This document shows positions 1 to 9,060 of a DNA stretch of 64,000 nucleotides, piece by piece. The notes under the pieces are model-generated. The model was not told the origin of the DNA and did no database searches. It saw nothing but the letters and a program-made list of their open reading frames with translations. Position 1 is the first letter of the stretch. Every line of letters starts with the position of its first letter. Origin of the DNA: Thermosediminibacterales bacterium (GTDB taxonomy: Bacteria > Bacillota > Thermosediminibacteria > Koleobacterales > JARRCM01); assembly GCA_029982205.1 (NCBI GenBank), contig JARRCM010000009.1:2042-66041 (forward strand). The letters are read 5' to 3'. The translations under genes and the position numbers were made by a program.

Positions 1-1812
1 CTTCTTCTTACATATCATCATCCCGTCTTTTTCTTTTTTTATCACAAGGTAATGCTGCCATTCAGGATCTCTACGCCCAACCGGAATGTTGTCTTCATAA
101 CGTTCAAAAAAGAGATGAGGACCTCTGCTTTCTTTTCGAGTTATACATGCGTTCAGGACCATCTCGGAAACAATAAGCATCATCTTAGTTTCCAAAGCAT
201 GGCATATATCTTTATCAACCACAATTTTTTGAACCTTTAATTCCCTTATGGTTGTCAAAGCTTCTAACAATTTATTTTCTGTTCGTACGATGCTGGCACT
301 GTCGGTCATAATTTCTTGAATTTGTTTCTTCAGTTCGGATGCATGTATACCATTTTTGTTGGAAATCAATTCTAATAACTCGCTTTTGTACTTATTAATC
401 TCTTGAGATGTTATTTCAACAATGTTTGTTCCCAATGCTCTTATTACTGCAGCTTCCCCAGCTATTTTTCCAAACACCTGACCATCTAACAGGGCGTTTC
501 CTCCCGGTCGGTTAGCTCCATGCTGACCTCCTGCACATTCTCCTATAGCATAAAGCCCCGGAATGCAGGTATTACCCTGTTCTCCTATCCTAATACCTCC
601 TTGAAAGTGCTGGCCACACACAGCAACTTCTACCATGTCTCCTTGTTCAAGGTCAATACCCCTGGCCTTAAGCCAATCTATAGACGGCTGGTTGATTTCC
701 TTCAACCGATTTAGAGGGCTTTTAATACGCAGCTTGTATCCTAGGTCTACACTCATCTCGTTTTTATACATCTGCTTGTTTTTTTCTGAGAGCTTTTCAA
801 AATCAAAGTTATCTGGATTCTTGCTGTAATCCAGATATACCCGTCTTCCCTTTTGGGTTTCTTTGTAAATCGCAATATCTATTATGTGAGTTGTGTGTTC
901 ATAGGTCACCGGCCAGCTGGCACCTTTCTGAAAAACAAAATTATAAACATCTGCTAAAGAATATTCTTTAGGGAAATATTTAGCTAAAAATTCCTCTCCA
1001 CTGTCATTAACGATACGAGGCACAGCTCTCATCATACTGCCTGAGCAATTCAACTTTGTTTTTGTTGATGCAAGCCCCAGTTGAATAAACTCCATGTTGA
1101 CAAGTTCTGCTCCTGCCTCATAGGCTACTGCATAGCCGTCCCCTGTCATGCCTTCTGGGTAAACATTGTGTCTGAAAATTTCTCCTGCTCCTCCTGTAGC
1201 AAGGATCACATTAGGGGTTTCAAAAACATATATGGAATTTACGGACTCTTGGGTTTCAAACTGCATATCAAGACCAAAAGCTCCTATCAACTCGCCTTTT
1301 TTAGTCAGAAGCCTTGTAATCATACAGTGTTCTATAACCATTATATCCAGTTCTCTGATTTTTCTGACCAGGGCCTGTTCGATATGCACTGCGGTATATG
1401 GCCCTGTAAAGCATGCTCTGGCATAATCTGAACCATCAGTTATAAACTGCACCGCTTTTCCATCTTTTTTAACAAAGGGCACTCCCAATTTATCCAGGTA
1501 ATGAAAGGCATCGGCTGCATTCCTGGCAAGGATTGAAGCAAGGTTTGCATCAGATACCTCCCCTCCTATTTCATAAATATCCCTGGCATGCAGCATCCAC
1601 GCATCCTTTCCACCGGGTTCAGTGTGCTCAAGTGTCGCATGAAAGGCCATTCTATCCGAGCATGCTGTGGCTGTAACACCACTTTCGCCCAATTTTCCCT
1701 TTGTTACAAGCACCACTTTAGCCTCTGGCCGCTTTTCCTTGGCTGCAATAGCTGCTCTAAGGCCCGCTCCGCCACCTCCCACAATCAACACATTACACTG
1801 TATTTTCCTCAT
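1..1812 (-). CDS. FAD-dependent oxidoreductase, SdhA/FrdA/NadB-like flavoprotein (partial, runs off left edge; absent from ORF track)
   Basis: Manual translation from ATG at 1812 (RBS GGAGG): MRKIQCNVLIVGGGGAGLRAAIAA (GxGxxG), ILATGGAG, TGDG, QHFQGG, GLYAIGECAG, HGANRPGGNAL, RKESRG; frame appears open to base 1. Confidence 0.85.
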   Translation of the reverse strand, partial: MRKIQCNVLIVGGGGAGLRAAIAAKEKRPEAKVVLVTKGKLGESGVTATACSDRMAFHATLEHTEPGGKDAWMLHARDIYEIGGEVSDANLASILARNAADAFHYLDKLGVPFVKKDGKAVQFITDGSDYARACFTGPYTAVHIEQALVRKIRELDIMVIEHCMITRLLTKKGELIGAFGLDMQFETQESVNSIYVFETPNVILATGGAGEIFRHNVYPEGMTGDGYAVAYEAGAELVNMEFIQLGLASTKTKLNCSGSMMRAVPRIVNDSGEEFLAKYFPKEYSLADVYNFVFQKGASWPVTYEHTTHIIDIAIYKETQKGRRVYLDYSKNPDNFDFEKLSEKNKQMYKNEMSVDLGYKLRIKSPLNRLKEINQPSIDWLKARGIDLEQGDMVEVAVCGQHFQGGIRIGEQGNTCIPGLYAIGECAGGQHGANRPGGNALLDGQVFGKIAGEAAVIRALGTNIVEITSQEINKYKSELLELISNKNGIHASELKKQIQEIMTDSASIVRTENKLLEALTTIRELKVQKIVVDKDICHALETKMMLIVSEMVLNACITRKESRGPHLFFERYEDNIPVGRRDPEWQHYLVIKKEKDGMMICKKK

Positions 1813-1831
1813 ACTTGCTTCCTCCTTGTTA

Positions 1832-2920
1832 TTACGGTATCAATACGGCTTTCAATGCTTCTTTATTATCCATTGCTCTTAATGCCTCATTGGCTTTCAA
1901 GAGGGGATATCTATGGCTAATCATTTTTTCAAAAGCTTCGGGGTTGGATAACACAAGGTTCATGGCCTGGAAAGTGTGCCTTGTATCACTCACCCAAACT
2001 CCCATAATTCTTATATTCTTTCTAACAAGGTCACTGTAACCATCAAACTCAATACTACCCATAGGCTGAGCAAATCCCATAGACAGGTATGTTCCACCAG
2101 GCCTTACCAGGCCAAGACCTTCCCTAAGAGCCTGGGGGTATCCTGCTGCTTCGATCACATAATCCGCTCCCCGACCCCTGGTAAGCTCAAAAATAGCCTG
2201 TTTTCTATCCTCTCTGGTTGTTTCGTGGCGGTTAAGTATTCTTGTCGCTCCGAATTCCCTGCAGAGGTCAAGTCTTTTTTGGGTGCCTCCAATAACGACG
2301 ATCTCCTTAACACCACATGCTTTGGCGAAAGCAACCGAGAAGATGCCTACCGGACCCGGGCCCTGAATTACAACCACATCTCCATTCCCGGGTTTTATAA
2401 TATCAAAGCCGTGGGCTGCTGTTGCACCAGAACAGGATGCGTTAACGATGATTGCCGGGTCTATATCCTTAGGTATCTTGAAAACGTCGGTGTTGTGTCT
2501 TAAAACAATATATTCAGAGTAGCATCCGTTAAGGTGAGGATGCTCATTGAATGAAATGTTAATGCCGTAAACTTTTCTATCTTCGCACAGAAATGGCTGT
2601 CTGGCCACCTTACAGTAAAAACATTTCCCACAGGTGATGCCCCTGTTCCATAAAATGGTATCTCCTGTTTTTAGTTCTATTCCATCTACCGTCTTTTTAC
2701 TTCCATTTATCTCTACGATTTCTCCCACACCTTCATGCCCCAGCACAATAGGAAGTGGTGTGCGAGGGTCTTCTCCTTTCCACATGTGGACATCGGAACC
2801 GCATACTCCCGATGCTGAAATCTTAACCAGAACCTCGCCTGATGATAATTGGGGGATTTCTACTTCTTTTTCTACAAGAGGTTTGTTGAATTCTTCTAGA
2901 ACCATTACTCTTGACAGCAT
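1832..2920 (-). CDS. Zn-dependent alcohol dehydrogenase (MDR; Thermotoga TM0436-like)
   Basis: CGSDVH, GHEG, structural Zn CGKCFYC..C, GPGPVG; WNRGITCG and KVYGIN recall TM0436. Confidence 0.9.
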   Translation of the reverse strand: MLSRVMVLEEFNKPLVEKEVEIPQLSSGEVLVKISASGVCGSDVHMWKGEDPRTPLPIVLGHEGVGEIVEINGSKKTVDGIELKTGDTILWNRGITCGKCFYCKVARQPFLCEDRKVYGINISFNEHPHLNGCYSEYIVLRHNTDVFKIPKDIDPAIIVNASCSGATAAHGFDIIKPGNGDVVVIQGPGPVGIFSVAFAKACGVKEIVVIGGTQKRLDLCREFGATRILNRHETTREDRKQAIFELTRGRGADYVIEAAGYPQALREGLGLVRPGGTYLSMGFAQPMGSIEFDGYSDLVRKNIRIMGVWVSDTRHTFQAMNLVLSNPEAFEKMISHRYPLLKANEALRAMDNKEALKAVLIP

Positions 2921-3312
2921 TGCATTGCCTCCTTATGTTTTAAATGGCCATGTTTTTCCTGATTCCAGTGTTCAACAACTCCTTTTGGAGCATAGCAGAA
3001 AATCATCACAAGATCTTCTTTCCCATTATTCATTAAATGGTGCTCTTGATGAGGTGAAATATACACATAATCTCCTTTTTTAACACTCAAACTTTTATCT
3101 TTTATTCTTATTTCACCATTTCCTTTTAGAATTAAATAAACTTCCTCCTGTTCATGAGAATGTAAAGGAACAGATCCGCCAGGATAAATTGTTACATAAC
3201 CCATCACAAAACCCTCAGCTTCTACTGGAGCACCAGGGCCTACTATTACTTTTGTGTTTCTTCCAGCAGGAAAATCAGTTCCTTTGATATCAAAAACATT
3301 ATATTTTTTCAT
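2905..3312 (-). CDS. Cupin-domain protein
   Basis: HSHEQEE...G and GD...P..EHH cupin metal motifs. Confidence 0.85.
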   Translation of the reverse strand: MKKYNVFDIKGTDFPAGRNTKVIVGPGAPVEAEGFVMGYVTIYPGGSVPLHSHEQEEVYLILKGNGEIRIKDKSLSVKKGDYVYISPHQEHHLMNNGKEDLVMIFCYAPKGVVEHWNQEKHGHLKHKEAMQCCQE

Positions 3313-3366
3313 TTTTAAAATCCACTCCGTTCTATAATAAGTTCTATAATAATATCTTCAACCTTT

Positions 3367-4641
3367 CTACATAAACAAATTAGGTAAAAACATGACAAGC
3401 CCCGGGAAATAAGTTATGATCATTAACACCGCAATCATTATAGCTAAATAGGGCAATAGTGATTTTATTAACTGGGTCATAGATATCTCAGCTATACTGC
3501 ATGCAACAAACAATGTGATACCTACCGGCGGAGTGCACATTCCAATAGCAAGATTTGTAACAGTAATCAAACCAAAATGAACGGGGTCAACACCCAGCTT
3601 TGTAACCATTGGGAGAAAAATTGGTACAAGCAATATTATAGCTGGAGTTGTATCAAGAAAAGTGCCTACAATCAGCAGGATTACGTTTATAAAAAGAAAA
3701 ATCAAATAGGGGTTTGTGGTAATAGACAGCATGAAGTTTGCCAATTTCAAGGGTATCTGTTCACTAGTAAGAATCCAGGCCAAAACGGCTGTTGTTGCCA
3801 CACAAAACATAACAATTGATGTTATTATTCCACTTTGTATAAGAATTTGGGGTAAATCCTTGATTTTTAAATCTTTATAAATAAACAAACCAATTATCAA
3901 GGCATAAACCACCGCAATGACAGAAGCTTCTGTCGCTGTAAAAACTCCAGAAAGAATACCTCCCATAATAATAACCGCCATCATCAAAGCCCAAAAAGAT
4001 TCTTTAAAGGATTTCCAGAGAGAAGGCAAATCAGCCCTAGGTTCTGCAGGATAATTGTATTTCAGGGCAAAACCATAACTTACTATCATCAATCCAAGGC
4101 CCAGGAGGATACCAGGAATATAACCCCCTAAAAACAGTTTTCCAATTGAAACATCAGCTGTTAAAGCATAAATTACCATCGGAATACTTGGAGGTATTAT
4201 TACACCAATCGAACCTGCCGTGGCTTGGACTGATGCCGCATAGCCTTTACTATATCCTTTTGCTTTCATAGCAGGTATCAAAACAGAACCAATGGCAGCT
4301 GTATCTGCTGAAGCAGAACCGGAAATCCCTGCAAAAAACATTGCAGCAACGGTTGAAACTAAAGCTAATCCACCTCTTATATGACCAACAAGATTCCCAG
4401 CAAAATTAATAAGTTTTATCGATATCCCACCTCTATCCATCAAACCTCCTGCCAGAACAAAAAAGGGTACCGCCAGCAGAGGAAATGAATCCAGCTGGGT
4501 AAACATTTTTTGAATCACTATCAACAGTGGAACATCGCTTTTAAAAAACAGGGCAATAGCTGAAGACAGCCCTATAGCAAAAGCTATGGGTATTCCTAAA
4601 ACTGCTAACATAACTAAAATCACAAAAAGCAAACTAATCAT
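3367..4641 (-). CDS. dctM: TRAP transporter large permease
   Basis: FPLLAVPFF, GISGSASAD, IIPPSIP, TPPVG motifs; polytopic. Confidence 0.95.
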   Translation of the reverse strand: MISLLFVILVMLAVLGIPIAFAIGLSSAIALFFKSDVPLLIVIQKMFTQLDSFPLLAVPFFVLAGGLMDRGGISIKLINFAGNLVGHIRGGLALVSTVAAMFFAGISGSASADTAAIGSVLIPAMKAKGYSKGYAASVQATAGSIGVIIPPSIPMVIYALTADVSIGKLFLGGYIPGILLGLGLMIVSYGFALKYNYPAEPRADLPSLWKSFKESFWALMMAVIIMGGILSGVFTATEASVIAVVYALIIGLFIYKDLKIKDLPQILIQSGIITSIVMFCVATTAVLAWILTSEQIPLKLANFMLSITTNPYLIFLFINVILLIVGTFLDTTPAIILLVPIFLPMVTKLGVDPVHFGLITVTNLAIGMCTPPVGITLFVACSIAEISMTQLIKSLLPYLAIMIAVLMIITYFPGLVMFLPNLFM

Positions 4642-5116
4642 TTCTGGAAGCCCCCTCTTTTTTGCAGTATCGGCAAAATGCTTCTAACACATGTATTATC
4701 ATAAATATTCCCGAAATCGGAATTGCAAGGTAAGGAAAGGACATTCTTATGTGTAAGGCAGGCGAAAACTGCATCCAGGTAAATTGTACTACCTGAAATC
4801 CATACACTATCATTATTAACGCAAACAACAGTATAACAAAAAAAGTTAATACGGATAATAATCTTTGCAGTTTCTGAGGTAAGCTTTGAGCTAAAACGTC
4901 AATACCAAAGTGGGCTCCCTTTGAGATGGCAAGACTCGCACCAATCAATGTTATCCAGACAAAGAGGTATCTTGCCATTTCAGCACTCCATGATAATGGG
5001 CTGTGCAGGGCAAATCTGGCTATTACCTGAGCAAAGGTAACAATTACCATTAATACAAGGGCATTTATTATTACGGCTTTTTCAAATAAAACTATTGCGT
5101 TGTAAATCTTTCTCAC
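4634..5116 (-). CDS. dctQ: TRAP transporter small permease
   Basis: 4 TM, WSAEMARYLFVW, H..ID motif; between dctP and dctM. Confidence 0.92.
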   Translation of the reverse strand: MRKIYNAIVLFEKAVIINALVLMVIVTFAQVIARFALHSPLSWSAEMARYLFVWITLIGASLAISKGAHFGIDVLAQSLPQKLQRLLSVLTFFVILLFALIMIVYGFQVVQFTWMQFSPALHIRMSFPYLAIPISGIFMIIHVLEAFCRYCKKEGASRND

Positions 5117-5188
5117 TTAAAATCACCTAACCTTCAAAAGGGTATATTGAAGGTGAGATGAGAAACCCTCACCTCACCCTTTATGTCG

Positions 5189-6223
5189 CTATTTTGTATT
5201 TGCAACCGCTTCTATTAGATCCTTGCCAATTTTATCTTCATACTTTTTCCATACTGTCTTCACAGCTTCTCTGAAGGGTGCTTGATCAACATCATTGAAT
5301 TCCATGCCTTCTGCTTTTAATTTTTCTACAACTTCCTTTTCTTGATCTATCCATAGTTGTCTCTGATAATCCTTAATTTCTTCAGCTGCTTCCAAAATAG
5401 CCTCCTGTATATCCGCAGGGAGCTTGTTCCATACCTTCAGGCTTATCATCAAGACATCAGGGGTTCTGAAATGGTCTGTCATTGAGAAATATTTTGTAAC
5501 TTCATGGTGTTTCTGCTGATAAGCAAACAAAGGCGCATTTTCTGCTCCATCAATTATTCCTTGCTGTAGTCCCGTATATATCTCAGCTAACCCCATAGGT
5601 ACACCTGTTCCTCCCATTGCATTTATGGTTTCTACCATCAATGGGTTTTCAGGAACCCTTATTTTAAGCCCTTTTAAATCTTCTGGTTTAGTGATTGGTC
5701 TTTTTGAATTGTAAATACTTCTGGAGCCAGCATCATAGAACAACAGCCCTTTCAAACCTACTTTCTCCATTTTTTCATTAAGAAAAGACTGGCCTATTGG
5801 ACCATCCACCACTTTATAGAAATGTTCTCTATCCCTGAAAATGTATGGCAAATCAAAAACCATAATTTCTGGAAGCACATTAGCAACTACAGCAGTCATT
5901 GATTTGCCCATGTCTATTGTTCCCATTTGCATGCCCTCAACAAGCGCCCTTTGCTGACCAAGTTGGTTATTAGGAAATACCTGAATTTCTACTCTGCCGT
6001 TGGTCTTCTCTTTTACCAATTTTGCAAATTCCTTGTGGGTTATTGTATGGGGATGGGTTTCTGCAAGACCACCGCCCAGCTTAAGAATAATCTTTTCTTG
6101 CTCTTTAGGCTGCTCTTTCTCGGCTTCTTTCTGCTTGCCTGCAGGACTGCCGCATCCAGCCAGCAATCCAACCATCATGGCCAACACCAACAGAATAGTT
6201 ATCGCTTTTACTCTCTGCCTCAT
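5189..6223 (-). CDS. dctP: TRAP substrate-binding lipoprotein
   Basis: Lipobox LLAGC; FPNNQLG, DLPYIF, DLKGLKIRV, LQQGIIDGAEN. Confidence 0.95.
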   Translation of the reverse strand: MRQRVKAITILLVLAMMVGLLAGCGSPAGKQKEAEKEQPKEQEKIILKLGGGLAETHPHTITHKEFAKLVKEKTNGRVEIQVFPNNQLGQQRALVEGMQMGTIDMGKSMTAVVANVLPEIMVFDLPYIFRDREHFYKVVDGPIGQSFLNEKMEKVGLKGLLFYDAGSRSIYNSKRPITKPEDLKGLKIRVPENPLMVETINAMGGTGVPMGLAEIYTGLQQGIIDGAENAPLFAYQQKHHEVTKYFSMTDHFRTPDVLMISLKVWNKLPADIQEAILEAAEEIKDYQRQLWIDQEKEVVEKLKAEGMEFNDVDQAPFREAVKTVWKKYEDKIGKDLIEAVANTK

Positions 6224-6351
6224 AAAAATACCCCCTTGTTTTTTTAACCTAAGACTATACGACCTGGCATTTTAAATTAAACAAATTTTGTGAACACCCC
6301 CCCTTTTTTTTATAAGTACTTTTAGAAAAAAAATAAATAATTGTTAAAAGC

Positions 6352-7365
6352 TTAACGGGTTGACTTTCTTATTATCAACTCAGCTTCCATCACATCGATT
6401 ACAGGTTCTGCGTTCTGTCCGTTTTTAATAAGCTGTATAAGCTTATTCACGGCCCTTGCGCCCATATCATAAAAAGGCTGTGCCATAGTAGATAGTGGAG
6501 GATCCAGTAATGAGCTAAATTCCAGGTTGTCAAAACCTATAACAGAAATATCCTCAGGCACCCTTAGGCCATGGTCCTTTATAGCTCTTATAGCTCCGAT
6601 AGCACGTAAATCCGTCGTGGCAAAAACGGCATCGAAGTCAATACTCTGATCAAGCAATCTGTTTATTGCATTGTATCCGTCTCTGCTCCACTGAACACAC
6701 TCTGCATCCTCACCTGTTATCAGTTCCTCTTTCAAAGGCAATCCAGCATCTTTTAATGCCTGTTTATATCCTCTAAAACGTTCCCTGTAAAGGGCCAGCT
6801 GCTGGTTGCCTTTTATAATGGCGATTTTTTTGTGCCCTGTTTTCACAAGGTAAGACACAGCTTTGTATGCCGCTTTAAAGTTATCTATTATAACCGCATC
6901 AACATGTTTGTCGATGTTTCTAATCAGCAGCACAACAGGAAACCCTTTTTTCTTTAACTCGAGTACGTGATCTATATGTTCAGAAACCGTTGCAAGAATA
7001 AAACCATCTACCCATCGTTTACGCAGTTTTTCCACATACTCTCTTTCGATAAGCACGTCCTCATCGGTATTACACAACACGACAGTATAGCCCTGCTTTC
7101 GGGCTGTATCCTCCACACCTCTTACTACAGCAGGAAATATGGGGTTCCGTATGTTAGGAATTATCAAACCTATAGTTTTAGTTCTGCCTTCCTTTAAGCC
7201 CTTTGCCAGAAAATTAGGTCGATAATTCAAAGCCCTTACTGCTTCCATCACTTTCTGCCTCGTTGCATCATTAACCGGGCCGTTTCCGCTGATAACCCTT
7301 GAAACAGTACTTGTCGATACTCCTGCTTTCTTAGCAACATCTTTTATGGTAACTATAACAATCAT
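6352..7365 (-). CDS. LacI-family transcriptional regulator
   Basis: TIKDVAKKAGVSTSTVSRV HTH, YRPN hinge, VPEDISVIGFD. Confidence 0.95.
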   Translation of the reverse strand: MIVIVTIKDVAKKAGVSTSTVSRVISGNGPVNDATRQKVMEAVRALNYRPNFLAKGLKEGRTKTIGLIIPNIRNPIFPAVVRGVEDTARKQGYTVVLCNTDEDVLIEREYVEKLRKRWVDGFILATVSEHIDHVLELKKKGFPVVLLIRNIDKHVDAVIIDNFKAAYKAVSYLVKTGHKKIAIIKGNQQLALYRERFRGYKQALKDAGLPLKEELITGEDAECVQWSRDGYNAINRLLDQSIDFDAVFATTDLRAIGAIRAIKDHGLRVPEDISVIGFDNLEFSSLLDPPLSTMAQPFYDMGARAVNKLIQLIKNGQNAEPVIDVMEAELIIRKSTR

Positions 7366-7408
7366 CCCTTCTTCTTGCGTTTTTTATAAATAAATTAATT
7401 TTCTACTC

Positions 7409-8725
7409 TCATGTTGTTATGGATTTGTAAATAGGAGCATAAACTCCTCTATCCCTGATAACACAACCTGTCGTGCCTCCCCTTCGCATGATTTCGGTAC
7501 ACTTGCTGCAGGCAATACAGCACTTTCTCCTTTCCATTGCTCCGTGTAATAAAATATCTTTTGGGAAATCGGGATATGCAAATGCCTGTCGGCCAAAACC
7601 TGCGATTCTGAACCAACCTGCCTCAATACCTCCTGCTGCAATAAGTGCTGCAAATTCGCGCAACCAACTGAAACCGGTAGCAATGATTGATACTTCAGGA
7701 ACACTTTTCTGTATATCCCTTGCGGTTTGCAATAATCTAAGCACTCCCATAAGAGGATGCTCGGGAGAGGAATAACCACCGGTATCAAAGGGTCTACCTA
7801 TATGAGGGTTGTAGTAAGGGTTGCCGCAAGTTATATTAATCAGCTTAACTCCTTTTTCTTTAAGAAGCTCGACCAGCTTAATAGGTTCAGCAAGATCGGG
7901 TTTGGAATCATCTTCAGCATCAACTCCCCATCCATAGGGATATGGAATAGCATCATAAGCATTAAGCCTTACTGCAATATCAATTGAATCACCTAAACGG
8001 GTTTTGATTTTGTCTACTATATTCAGAAGAAACCTTGTTCTGTTTTCAAAGCTTCCACCGTATTCCCCGTTTCTTGTATGAGCAGACAGAAGTTCTGATA
8101 TAAGGTACCTGTGACAGCTCTTGATATCTACTGCATCAAATCCTATTTTCTGGGCAAGCACTGCGGCCTCTACAAAACGGTCTTCTAGTTGCTTTAGTTC
8201 ATCATCTGTTATTATCCTGTAATGGAGTGATGATTTGTCGAGATATGGGTTTTCTGCAGCTATTATTGGAGCGGGTTTGCCTTCCGGTTTACTGTAACGT
8301 CCAGAATGGGTTAACTGCAGCACAGTATAAGGTCTGTAATCAGATCCAAATTCCTCCTGTGAAGTACTGATTATTAAGTCATATAATCTGGAAAATGCCT
8401 CTACATTCTGTCGACAGAGAAACAGCTGCCTGGGATTGGCTCTCCCTTCCGGAACAATAGCTGTAGCCTCAATCCATATAAGGCCGGCACCTCCTCTTGC
8501 CATTCTTTCATATCTTCTGTAAGTTAATTTATCAGGTTTTCCATCTTTTGTCCCATCACATCCCTCCATAGGATGAATGGATAAAGCATTAGGTATGGTT
8601 TTGCCTCCTAAATGTACAGGCTGTTCTAAGATTTTTAAATCATATGAAACAGGCAGTTCAAAACCTGCGGAATTTATCTCATCCAACAAATCAGTGATAG
8701 ATTCATAATTAAACTTCATCTTCAT
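7409..8725 (-). CDS. NADH:flavin oxidoreductase (Old Yellow Enzyme-like) with C-terminal Cys cluster
   Basis: HPMEG, GGAGLIWIEA, QLTHSGR, GFDAVDIKSCHRYL, YGGSFENR, CIACSKC...GC. Confidence 0.88.
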   Translation of the reverse strand: MKMKFNYESITDLLDEINSAGFELPVSYDLKILEQPVHLGGKTIPNALSIHPMEGCDGTKDGKPDKLTYRRYERMARGGAGLIWIEATAIVPEGRANPRQLFLCRQNVEAFSRLYDLIISTSQEEFGSDYRPYTVLQLTHSGRYSKPEGKPAPIIAAENPYLDKSSLHYRIITDDELKQLEDRFVEAAVLAQKIGFDAVDIKSCHRYLISELLSAHTRNGEYGGSFENRTRFLLNIVDKIKTRLGDSIDIAVRLNAYDAIPYPYGWGVDAEDDSKPDLAEPIKLVELLKEKGVKLINITCGNPYYNPHIGRPFDTGGYSSPEHPLMGVLRLLQTARDIQKSVPEVSIIATGFSWLREFAALIAAGGIEAGWFRIAGFGRQAFAYPDFPKDILLHGAMERRKCCIACSKCTEIMRRGGTTGCVIRDRGVYAPIYKSITT

Positions 8726-8750
8726 TTATAGGCTCCTTTCCAAGGCTTTC

Positions 8751-8764
8751 TGTAAACGTTTGCA
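8751..8764. promoter_or_regulatory. LacI-type operator (proximal)
   Basis: TGTAAACGTTTGCA, fits TGnAAnCGnTTnCA, upstream of operon containing a LacI gene. Confidence 0.65.
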
Positions 8765-8913
8765 TAAAATTGCAAAATAAAAAAATCACAAATTTCTATA
8801 GTGAAAATTTATATGAATAGACATAATAACTGATAATAAGCCGATATCAAGCTCTTATGTATACTTTCTCCAAAAATTTCAAAACCAACACAAAAACTTT
8901 TCTAAATATTTTA

Positions 8914-8927
8914 TGGGAACGTTTTCA
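8914..8927. promoter_or_regulatory. LacI/cre-type operator (distal)
   Basis: TGGGAACGTTTTCA with flanking A/T pair; same AACGTT core as the 8751 site. Confidence 0.55.
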
Positions 8928-9016
8928 TAGATAAATATTCTACATGTGTTTGAAAAATCCTGCTAAATTTTTAAAAATTTTTTATATGAAAATAAATTTA
9001 GTTCAAAATTCGTAAA

Positions 9017-9050
9017 CAAAAAGCAGGATTGGACTACATTCCATCCTGCT
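9017..9050 (-). terminator. Intrinsic terminator of nrd operon
   Basis: AGCAGGAT...ATCCTGCT stem followed by T tract on minus strand. Confidence 0.7.
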
Positions 9051-9060
9051 CGTTTTATAA

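Noticed and set aside
5150-5180. Hairpin between dctP and dctQ
   Set aside because: Ordinary intercistronic stem-loop after a binding-protein gene
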